From positions 33,852,001-33,916,000 of the forward strand of contig CM069151.1 in the NCBI GenBank assembly GCA_035221665.1: a DNA stretch of 64,000 nt, given 5' to 3'. Below the pieces are notes generated by a model. It ran no database searches. It saw only the letters and a program-made list of their open reading frames with translations, and was not told the DNA's origin. Numbering within the stretch: the first letter of the stretch is position 1; each line of letters starts with the position of its first letter. Positions 38,901 through 50,900 of this stretch are shown piece by piece. The position numbers and the translations under genes were made by a program. The stretch comes from Okamejei kenojei (lineage: Eukaryota).

Positions 38901-41900
38901 ATGAGGATGCTACTTTATTTCAATTCTGATAAATCAGTGAGGATGCTCCTTTATTTGCTCTTTTAGTAATTTCTTATTGTGATGGAACTTGCAATTATGC
39001 ACCTGATTTGGGAGTTAGGCAAATAATGTGGCTCTACTTTGCAGCTGGCTCAGTGAAGAGCCTCGATGCCAGCTATGGTGGGCTCAGAGAGGATGCTAAT
39101 ATTGGTGAGCTTATTCTGCAGAGACAGGATTGGTGTTATCTCTCTCTACTGGTTTGAGGTGTCCCCTGGTAGATAATATAGTACAGGAATGCAACGATAA
39201 CTGCTATCCAGCCATTCTCACTATCAGCACCCTGGGAGTCACCAGGTACCAGAAGCTCAACTGGAGCAAGCACATAAATACATGAATTTAGGAGCAGATC
39301 AAAGGTTGAATCACCTGTGGTTTGTGGCTCACCTCATGACAACCAAAGACTTTTCCATCATCAAAAAATTGGAACTGAGATGGAATACATAATAGTAATG
39401 CACTACATGGATTGACTAGTGATTGTTAGTCAGAATGCAAAGAATCAATAGATGCTTCTCAGGTTATGAAAATTGCTAAATCTAATTGAACCTCAGCTAT
39501 TCACAATCTATATCAATAATTTTCCTGAAGGAATGAAACGTCATTGCTCATGATGCTCAAGCAGGTGAGATTATGAGTATGGAGGAGGATGGAATGAGGG
39601 TTTAAGAGGTCATGGACAAACTGAATAAATGTGGGAGAATGTGGCAGATGAACAATAATGTGGGGGAAAAAATGACACTATCCGTTAAGATGTACATAAC
39701 TGAAAAACAATGTTAAATGCGAGAAATTGGGGACCTACTTGTGTTTGTGCAAAGGTCACTGGACTCTAACATCTAGGTGCATATGGAGGACAACCATATG
39801 GAGGACAATTCATATGTTGGCCTTTCTTACAAAAGGATTTTGGAATTACTCAGCGGGTCAGGCAGCATTTCTGGAGAAAAGGAATAGGTGATGTTTCAGG
39901 TCAGAACCCTTCTTCATACCCGGGTTTCCACCCAAAACGTCACCTATTCCTTTTCTCCAGAGTTGCTGCCTGACCCGCTGAGTTATTCCAGCATTTTGTG
40001 TCTATCCCTGGTGTACGCCAGCATCTGTGGTTCCTTCCTACACATTTAACCTATAAACCAGTATGTCTTAGGAATGTGGGAGGAAACTGGAGCATCCAAA
40101 GGGAAACCCATGCGGTCACAGGGAGAACGTACAAATTCCGTACAGACGGTGCCCAAGGTCAGGATCGAACCTGGGTCTCTGGTTGTCTAAGGCAGCAACT
40201 CTGCCACTGTGCCACCCTAGTGAGAAATTATGTATTGAGGGGTGGTTCTGGGCACACAGTCCAGTGACAATCAGGCTTTCAGCATGTTTTGCACGGTGAA
40301 TAAACTCAGTGCATGTCCCATGAGATATGTGCTCTGGGCATGCCGTCCAATCAGGGTTGATACTGGCCTCAGTTGTGTAAACAACAGCATTGGAGCACAG
40401 ACCAGTGAGAGAAGGGGCTCTGGACATGACATGCTGAGAAATGCAGACTTTGACACATTGTCCATGAGGAACTGACTGTCAGAACATTGGCGAGTGAATG
40501 ACAAATGGCATGGAACATGGTCTATTGAATGATGGGTGGTCAGGTCATGGTGACCAGAACTGGGTTGATTCTGGGCTAGTGGCACACTATGTAGAAGAGA
40601 TAGGCTCTGTGCTCATTGTGCAGTGAGAATCTGGTCCTGTGTTTTCCACTCAGCCAGGGGCAACACTGAGCACACTGACACACAAGGGCGAACACTTTAG
40701 AGATTCTGTTGAATCGGTTTCTGGCGCTGTATCTCTTTTGATCGTGCTTTCTAAATTGGGTTCATTTTTATCAACATTTGTTTTACATAGGTGATGTGCT
40801 GTCTGCAGACAGCAAGGCAAATGAATCAACAACAAATGTCTCATCTTCAGGAGATCCAGAGTCACATATGAAGTCACCTGATATTCCAATCTGTGAGGTG
40901 AAATCAGAAGCATTCGAAATATCGGAGGTAAATTCAATGAATCTCAAAGCTCCTGAGATCAGTTCACCTGATTCCAAGTCAACTGATGTCAAATTACCTG
41001 ATCCCACACCAACCATGGTCATGTCAACTAATTCTGAGACATCTGAGGTCAGGTCAATTGTTCACACATCTTCTGAGGTCAAGTCAACATATTCCAATCC
41101 ATGTGAGGTTAAGATAATTGATCCTAATGTATCAGAGATCAAGTCAGATAATCCCAAACCATCTGAAATCAATTCAACATACCCTGAATCACCTGACATC
41201 AAGGCAGTTGATTCTAAAGCCTCAGTAATCAAGTTAATTGATTTCAAACCATCTGAAAATGAATCGACTTGTTCTAAATCATCTGATATCAAGACAATTG
41301 ATCCCAAAGTGATAGAGGTCAAATTAGCTGAACACGAGCCATCTGAGATGAAGACAATTGATCCTAAGATGTCAGAGGTCAAATTAGCAGATTCCAAACC
41401 ACCCGAGATCAAAACAGTTTATTCCAAACCATTTGATGGCAAGATGATTGATTCTGAAGTGTCAGAAGTCAAATTAGCAGATTCCAAACCATCTGAAATC
41501 AAGACAACTCATTCTACATCATCTGAGGCCAAGGCAATTGATGCTAAACAGTCAGAAGTTAAGTCAGCTGATCTTAAATTAGTGGAAATTGAATCAACAC
41601 ATTCGAAACCATACAACGTCAAGTCAAATGATCTTAAAATGCCTGAATTCAAGTCTGCTGATCTCATCCCAGCTGAGGTCAAATCAACTGATTCATCTGT
41701 GCCTGAATTCAACCCATCGAATTTCAAACAATCCATGGTGAACCCAGTTGATCTCAGACAAACAGAAGTTCAGTTATCTGATCCCAAACCATCTAGGGTC
41801 ACGTCAATTGATCTCAAACAATCTGAGATTAGATCAACACCTCTCAAACCATCTATAATAGAGTTAATAGATCCTAACCAATCCACGGTATTGTCAGCTG

Positions 41901-44900
41901 GCCCCAAGATGGTTCAAGTGAAGTCAACTGATCTCAAACCATCTGAAGTCACATCTACTGATTCCAAACTTTCTGAGGTCAAGTCAAGCACTACCAAGTT
42001 GTCTGAGATCAAGTCAACTGCTTCTAATGGGTCAGTGACCAAGGCAGCTGATTCCAAGCCTTCTGAGGTCACATTATCTGCACCCAATGATTTCAAGATA
42101 ACGTCAGTCATGCCGACTGATTACAAAATCAGATCAGATGGTCCCAATGAGGCAGAAGTCAAGTCAGTTGCTTCCCAGGAATATGAGGTCAATTCAGCTG
42201 CTCCCAAGACATCTGACGTCAAATTATCTGCACTTAACATATCTGAGACCAAATCAACTGATCCTGAACTTTCCAAGGTCACGTCAGCTTCTTCCAAAGT
42301 TTCTGAGATCAAGTCAACTGTATTCAACATGTCTGAGACCAAAGCAACTGATCTCAAATCTTCCGAGATCAAGTCAGCAGCTCCCAAGACGTCTGACGTT
42401 AGATTCGTTGCTCCTAAGGTTCCTGGGATCGTGTTAGCTATTCCTAAACCAGGTGAGGATGCGTTATCTGTTACCAAAACAGCTGAGATCAACTCAACTG
42501 ATCCTGAAGTATCTACAGTGATATCAGCTAATCTAGAACTTTGTGATATGGTGGCACGTTTCCATAAGTCTTACGACCAACTATTAAGCAAACCAGAAAT
42601 ATGTAGCATGAGGTCATCTGGTACTAAATCGTGCAACAATGTGCTTTGTATGTTGGAATTGGATGAGTTGAGGTTGCAGATTAAGCAGCTACGGAAGGAA
42701 TTGGAGGAATCTCAGGAACAAGCAGCCCGGCACCAGAGGAGCTATTTGGACTTACAAAGTAAGTGGATTTCATAAAGGAAAGGGTTTTTTGGGGGGGGGG
42801 GGGGGGAGGAGGGGGAGGCCAGGCCAGATGTGCTGCATTCCATGCTCAATCCTGGGAATGAGACAGGGGTTTTAGGGTTGGCAAGAATAGTCCTGTTTGG
42901 TGTGAAGCTGAGCAGTGGTGGGGAGTTGTGGGAATCAGACTTTGACATGCTGTGCTGGAGGGGCAATGGATAGACTGAAGGAACTGACATAAGGTGTTTA
43001 GGGAGTTGGATGTAGGAATGAGAGTTGGAGATGTAGGGTTTTTATGGACAGTTTCAAGAATTGGAGAGACATGTTGGGGAGTCAGTTTTACATCACTCCC
43101 CATCAAAGGATGTAAAAGTCCCTATCAAAGGATGTAAAAGTCAGACAAGTCACTTTTACATCCTTTGGGCCATAGCATTATATCTAACTGAAAACATATA
43201 TTATCATGAAGGCATCTGGAGAAGTTGAAGTCTCACAAATTGCCCTTGTAATTGCAGGATGAACTTTTTTTGCTCCTGCACTTAAACCTCTTGTAAAAGG
43301 GGCAACATACCATTTGCCTTCCTACTGATTTGCTGAACCTACACGTAGGGTTTGTGTAAACTGGTCCAAGTACTTCTGAACAGCAGATCTTTTCAACACC
43401 CAATTTAAAAAAAAATTAAATAAACATTTCTACTTTTTTCTTCCAAATTGGAGGGCTTCACATTTTCCCACTCTGTATTTCATGTGCTATGTCCCTACTC
43501 AGCCAATTAACCCGTTATTTCTTCATAGCTCCCTACATTTTCTTGCAACTCAAAGATTAAAATTGCTGGAAATATTCAGCAGGTCAGGCAGCATCTGTGA
43601 GTGGAGAATAGAGTCAATGTTGCAGGTGCATGAGCTCAGCTCCCACTGCCATCCTGCTTTTTTTTAACACTATGGTGAGCTTTACCCTTCTACCTCCCCT
43701 GGCTATGTTCAGTGGAAGAGTGTAGAGAGAGATTCACGATGTATTTAGCCGCTGTCATATCAATCTCTTGCCTTTCCAAACACTGCAGGATTGCTGGAGG
43801 AACAACGATTGGTCAATGTGCAACAGACTGAAAACTTTGCCAAACAGATCCAGCGTCTCCAAGGTGAGTGACAGTTCTTGGGTTTGAGCTGTGCTGTAGA
43901 ACGCAAACATACCACAGTGACTGAGGCTGGGGATAAGCAATACGAAGCAGAGAAGTGCAATGCCATATGAGGATATGAGCAGAGCCCAGCAGCGTGGCTG
44001 GAGACCCTGGCGTAAATGTAGATTCCTCATTCTCAATTAAAAGATGAAGGAAATAAAAGTTACATTAGCAAATTTGCAGTGTGGCAGTGTGAACTGTGAA
44101 GAGGATTCTATGAGGATGCACGGTGACTTGGTCAGATTGGGTGAGTGGGCAGATGCATGGCTTTTGCAGTATAATGTGGATAAATGTGAGGTTATCCACT
44201 TTGGTGGCAAGAACAGGAAGCCAGATTTTTACCTGAATGGTGTCAGGTTAGGAAAAGGGGAAATACAATGAGACCTGGGTGTCTTTGTACATCAGTCACT
44301 GAAAGTAAGCATGCTGGTACAGAAGGCAGTGAAGAAAGCTAATGGCATGTTAGCCTTCATAACGAGAGGAGTTGAGTATAGGAGCAAAGAGGTACTTCTG
44401 CAGTTGTACAGGGCCCCGGTGAGATCACATCTGGAGTATTGTGTGCAGTTTTGGTCTCCTAATTTGAGGAAGGACATTCTTGCTATTGAGGGAGTGCAGC
44501 GTAGGGTGATGAGGTTAATTCCCGGGATGGCACGACTGACATATGATGAAAGAATGGAGCGGCTGGGCTTGAATTCACTGGAATTTAGAAGGATGAGAGG
44601 GGATCATATAGAAACATATAAAATGATTAAGAGATTGGACATGCTAGATGCAGGGAACATGTTCCTGATGTTGGGAGTGTCCAGAACCAGGGGCCATAGT
44701 TTAAGAATAAGGGTAGGCCATTTAGAACTGAGATGAGGAAAAACTTTTTCACACAGAGTTGTGAATTTGTGGAATTCTCTGCCTCAGAAGGCAGTGGAGG
44801 CCGATTCACTTGGTGCATTCAAAACAGTTAGATAGAGCTCCTAGGGCTAGCGGAATCAAGGGATATGGGGATGCAGGAACGGGGTACTGATTGTGGATGA

Positions 44901-47900
44901 TCAACAATCATCACATTGAATGGCGGTGCTGGCTCGAAGGGATGAATGACCTACTCCTGCACCAATTGTCTATGTATCTATGTAGATAGAGTATATGAAC
45001 TCGGCTGATGAGCTAATAAACTCCTTGGATTCATAACAAGGCAATGTGGCACAAAATGATAGAGGGTGTGTGAGTGCTGAATGGCATCAGCTGTGAATAC
45101 AGTTGTGGGCAGCATGCCTAATGTTTGGATGAGAAAGGTACAAAACTAGTTCTAAAAAAGATGAGCTCACAGGAACTGAGTGGAAATCTTTCTTGATACA
45201 GATAACTTCACATTTCTGGTATTCCCTTAAATCTTCTCTGCATTCTCTCCATTGCATCTATGATCGTATGTGTTATTCCATGTGTGATTATAAACAACAG
45301 CTCTAATGACGTAGTGGATAAGACATTGACATCCCAAATCTGGAGTTGTGTGTGAAAGTCATGTCTGGAATGGTGCAGCATTTGGAGTATTTAGTGCAGT
45401 TCTGGTCACCCACCTATTGGAAGGATGCCATTAACATGGAAACGGTGTACAAAAGATTTACAAGGATGTTTCTGAGTCTGGATGACTTGAGATAAGAAGT
45501 GGCTGGATAGGCTGGGTCTTTTTTCTGTGGATCATGAAGGCAGAGGGGGGATCTTATAGAGGTATATAAAATCATAGTGGAATAGATATGGCAAATAAAA
45601 ACAATAATTTCCCCAAGGTGGAGAAGTCTAAAACTAGAGGGCATAGATTTGTGAGAAAGGAAAGATTTTAAAAAGGAATAGAGGGGCAACCTTTTCACAC
45701 AGAGGGTAGTGGGCATGTGAAAAGAGCTGCCAAAGTTGCAGAAGCAGTTTCAGTTACAGCATTTAAAAGCCATTTGGATAGGGGTAGAGTGATACGGGCA
45801 AAGCACAGGCAAATGGGACTAGTTCAGGTAGACAATTGAGTTGGCATGGACAAGTTAAGCTGAAGGGCCTGTTTCTGTGCTGTATAACTCTGACTATATG
45901 ACACAAGCTTAGCATAAATTCCCAACTTTTCAATTATATTACTCGAGAAAGATAGTGCATTCACAACAATAATAATAACACAAAGAGTAAGGTGACATGC
46001 TTCAATGACTACCGACCGGTGGCACTAATATCCGTGGTGATGAAGTGCTTTGAGATGTTGGTTATGGCATATGTCAACTCCTACCTCAACAAGAACCAGG
46101 ACCCACTACAATTTGCTTACCGCCACAACATGGCAACGGAGGATGTGATCTTGCTGGCTCTCCACTCTGCACTGGATCACGGACAATAAAAAAACATATA
46201 TCAGGCTGTTGTTCATTGACTACAGCTCACCGTTCAACACATTATCCCCTCCAAACTGTTTGCTAAGCTTAGGGAACTGGGTCTCTGTGTATCCCTCTGC
46301 AGCTGGATCCTCGACTTCCCCTTTAACAGAACACGATCTATACGGGTTGGCAGCAACTAGATAACCATAAGCACAGGAGCTCCTCAAGGCAGTGTGCTCA
46401 GCCTCCTGCTCCACCCACTCTATACCCATGACTGTGTAACCAGTCACAGTTCCAACTGCATCTTTAAATTCGCCGATGACATTACTGTTGTTGGACGAAT
46501 TACAGATGATGGTGAGTCAAAATATAGGAGGGAGATCGATTGACTGACCGAATGGTACCAGAACAACAATATTGGTCTCACCGTCAGTAAAACCAAGGAA
46601 CCGATTGTTGAATTTAGAAGAGAAAGGCCGAGGATACACAAACCTGTCTTCATCGATGGGACGGTAGTGGAGCGAATCAACAATTTCAAATTGCTGGGCA
46701 TGCATATCTACGAAGATCTGTCCTGAACACAGCACACTGATGAAATCATAAAGAAAGCTCATCAGCACCTCTACTCCCTTGGAAGATTATTCAGATTCGG
46801 TATGTCGACGAATACTCTCTTGAACATTTGCAGATAGAGCCATAGTCATAGAGTGATACAGTGTGGAAACAGGCCCTTTGGCCAAACTTGCCCACACCGA
46901 CCAACATGTCCCAGCTACACTAGTCCCACTGGCCTGCGCTTGGACCTGCGCTCCACCTGTCCTATCCATGTACCTGTCTAACTGTTTCTTAAACGTTGGG
47001 ATAGTCCCAGCCTCAACTACCTCATCTGGCAGCATGTTCCATACACCCACCGCCCTTTGTGTGAAAAAGTCACCCCTCAGATTCTTATTAAATTCTTATT
47101 TTCCCCTTCACCTTGAACCTGTGTCCTCTGGTCCTAGATTCCCCTACTCTGGGTATGATCTCATGATTTTGTACACCTTTATAAGATCACCCATCATCCT
47201 CCTGTGCTCCAAGGAATAGAATAGATGTACAGTTATGAGCATGCTGACTGGTTACATCACAGCCTGGTTTAGCAACTCCAATGCCCAGGAAGGAGAAAGC
47301 TTGCAAAAACTGGTGAACATGGCCCAGTCCATCACAGGAACTGACCTCCCCACCATCAAAAGATCTAAGGAGGAGCTGCCTCGAAAAGGCAGCCAGCATC
47401 ATCATGGACCCACACCACCCTGGCCATACCCTCATTTCACTCCTGCCATCGGGAAGAAGGTGTGTGAACCTGAAAACTGTCATATCCAAGTTCAGGAGCA
47501 GCTTCTTCCCAACAACCAGCTATTAAACACTACAACCTCCAACTATGCTCCGAACTACATAGACGTGGGGCATTATTTTGTCGTTGCACTATTATTATTT
47601 GTTTGTTTTTATATACTAAATGTTTTTGTTGTTTATTATGGTGCTTACAGAGTACTATGTTTACTTGTCTGTTGTGCTGCTGCAAATAAAAATGTCATTG
47701 TTCTCGGGACATATGACAATAAATCACTCTCGACCCTTGACTTACATTTTCAACAGTGCTACTGTCTAATTGAGCATATGGGATTATAAGGGATGTACGG
47801 CAAAGACTCGGGTGTTCTGCTCAACCAATCAATTTATGATCCACTTGAGCCTCATCTTTTCTCATCTAATTCTATCTGAGTAGTCCTGTATTCCATTCTC

Positions 47901-50900
47901 CGTTAGATAGACACAAAATGCTGGAGTAACTCAGCAGGCAGGCAGCATCTCCAGGGAGAAGGAATGGATGACGTTTTGGTACAAGACCCTTCTTACACAA
48001 TTCTTTCCCCCTTGTTTGCTGTCTGAGAACAAGGAGTTTCAGCTCCAGTGGCTAGAAAAGCATGATGCCACTACCTGAGAGGTATTGGCTGCAATGACCG
48101 AACTCAAATCTCTTTCTTTAACCAAAGCAGCAGACTCAATAACAACACTTATAGATATCTGCTTTGTCCTATTCAGTGCAGCTTCGGTCTGTCCAGGAGG
48201 AGATTGAGAGCTTGGAGGAAGAGAAGGAGAGTGAGCTGACAGAAGCACATGAGGAACTTCACTGCGCACAGGAGGAGATTGTGAATCTCCGTCAGGCAGC
48301 CGAGGAGGCAGCGGGAGAACGGGAAAATGAGATTGCAACGTTGCAGGAGGAGCTATGTCGTATTCGGGCTGAGCTGGAACACCTTCAGCAGACAACAGTG
48401 GAGTATGAGCTGGAGATCACCACACTCCGAGCAGAGATACAGATGAAAAGTGACAGTCGACAGAAGAAAAACTCTGAAGAGGTTACTCAGCTCCAGGGTA
48501 TGATCCAGGCAGTGAAAGATATGTCCTATACAGAGGGGTTTATTAAATGGAGAGGGGATTCCATATAGAACAACATGGTGGGTAGATGTGTATTGCTAAG
48601 TGGTAGATTGAGATTGTTATTGGTGTTCATGTGGTACTAATTACCTAATTTCATGTGGGGTTAGTCACTGGTTTAAAAAAAAGGTCCAAAGTACTTGATG
48701 ATGAGTTCAGATGATAGACTTCATGGGTGGGGATCCTGTTGTTACTTTTCAAGTCATGTGAATGAATGAGAAATGACACTGCCTAGTGAAAGGAGAGATG
48801 TCAGGAGATTTTACTCTTGGACTTTAGCACCAGTTCCAGGAGCAATTGAGCTATAGAAAATAAATTAGAGAACTGAATGAATAGCAAAAATAGACCAGGC
48901 AAGCAAAGCAAGACTAGTGAAATGGGCAAATCAAATTTAACAACATGGAATGTTAAGTTAAGTTGAAGGAGGAAAAGAAAGAAGAATTTAATGGAATTCA
49001 AAGGGGGTTCAGAAACAGTGGGCAGAAAATAAGATTACTACCATAGATATTGTCTATAATAGCCAGATATCTCATATAGATATTGTGGGCCAAATGACCA
49101 ACCTCGAGCTGCATTATTTAATAACTATATATAACTAAAGATGTGAAGGCAAAAAGAGCATGTACAAATACGATGGACTGAACTGAGCAGGCTGTGGCCA
49201 GCTGTTCAAAGGAAATTCAGTGTTCAACTGCTTGCAGGTAAGTAAATCACAGATCTGATGCAGACCCACCGTTAGTAATGGATGAGCTGAGTGACAGAAA
49301 CCAGCAAATGTGTTTCTGTAATCTCACACCAGTCAGACCTAGTGTTGGATCAGAGTCCCCTTTCAATAATTTCATTTATACTCACTTTATATAATTTCAT
49401 TGTTTTAATGCATGTAAAATACTCTAGTTATTTTGCCTTTTGTAATATTTCAAATGATTGAGACATTTAAAAATCTGTGCAAAATTGCATAACATTTGAC
49501 AGATGTTAGAGACAGAGATACATTCCCCACACCCAATCTCCGACCTTGTCTCCTGTCAAGGGCTGTCGGGATATTTGGGGTAGTGTCCCAGCTGTATGCT
49601 AGCTAGCTGCTGACACCTTGCTATGCCTGTCTTACTTCCGATTTGGGAGGCCCAGGGCGAAATAGACCCAACCATCTGTGCCACATTAGTACATATATAG
49701 GGAGAGCATTGAGCAATGGGCATTGAAAGGTCCAACGGAACACACTCAACTGAGACAATTCAGCCAATATATTTTAGGAGGAAAACAAAAAAAAAATGAG
49801 ATTCTGTATCAATATGAGTAACTGAGAGAAAAGCTGGGAATAGACATGGAAATGATGTAGGTGGCACAATGGTAGAGTTGCTACCTTAAAGCGCCAGAGA
49901 CCATGGATTGATTGTGACTATGGATGCTATCTGTATGGAGTTTACACGTTCTCCCAGTGACCGCATGCGTTTTCACCGGATGCTCCGGTTTTCCACCACA
50001 TTCCAAAGACGTGCATGTTTGTAGGTTAATTGGCCACTGTAAATTGTCCCTAGAGTGTAGGATAGAACTAGTGTACAGGTCATCGTTAGTCGGCTGGGAC
50101 TCGGTGAGCCGCAGGGCTGTTTCCACGCTCTATCTATAAACTAAACTGATGCAAAGTCAATATTAATGCAAAACTTAAAACATCTCATTACAGTAATGGC
50201 ATTAACACCTCCAAGTGAAAGGAATCTAGTCTAATTAGAAAGACGAGTAAAGAATAATCAAATTGTTGTGACTAGAAATGTTTAATGATTCTTTCTCACT
50301 GGGCAGAAAGTGAGAGTAAAGAAATAGGAATGAAATTCCTAAATTGCATAAAGGTTTTCTCCCTCCAGCAATGTGTTATTCAGCCCACAAGGACAAAGAC
50401 ATCACTAGAACTAATAAAATTGATTTTGTAGATGAACTAGATTAAGACAGTGACCCCAGCACTTTTAAAATCCAAATGGAAAAGGAAACATATTTGTACA
50501 AAAACTGGAAGAGGATGAGTTTTGGGCAGACATGTGTATAAAGACATGTTGGTGGTTGTGAGGTGGAAAGAGTTACCGATTAACTGGACTGCGGAGCATA
50601 GTTTAAGAAAGTAAACAAGACCAGGTACAGGCCTTGAGGCTTCTCGGTCTCCTCTGTTTTTCTTCATGATTACGCCTGGTCTTTTACCTTAAGTCCACTA
50701 TTAATTCACTCTCATATGCATTTGTTGTTCAAAAATAAAGCTAACTCGGCCAGTAAATAGACGCAACAACTCATGTCCACAGCGCTCTCGAGCAGAGAAT
50801 TCCACACCATTCAAAAGCCTCGGAGGAATAAAAAACATTTTATCTCAGCCCTTTATCCTGAGACAAGGCCCTCTTGTTCTACACTCTTTGGCCTCTCATT

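Noticed and set aside
40220-40620. Possible decayed L1/Tx1 remnant
   Set aside because: Too degenerate to support.
40783-42492. Antisense ORFs over the giant exon
   Set aside because: Shadows of the repetitive + strand coding sequence.
45006-45030. CTGATGA hammerhead-like box
   Set aside because: No stem II or GAAA box follows.
49190-49245. Consensus CAG|GTAAGT donor in an intron (also at about 10147)
   Set aside because: No convincing acceptor or in-frame coding exon upstream.
49860-49935. tRNA-like sequence
   Set aside because: Head of a V-SINE with degenerate boxes, not a tRNA gene.
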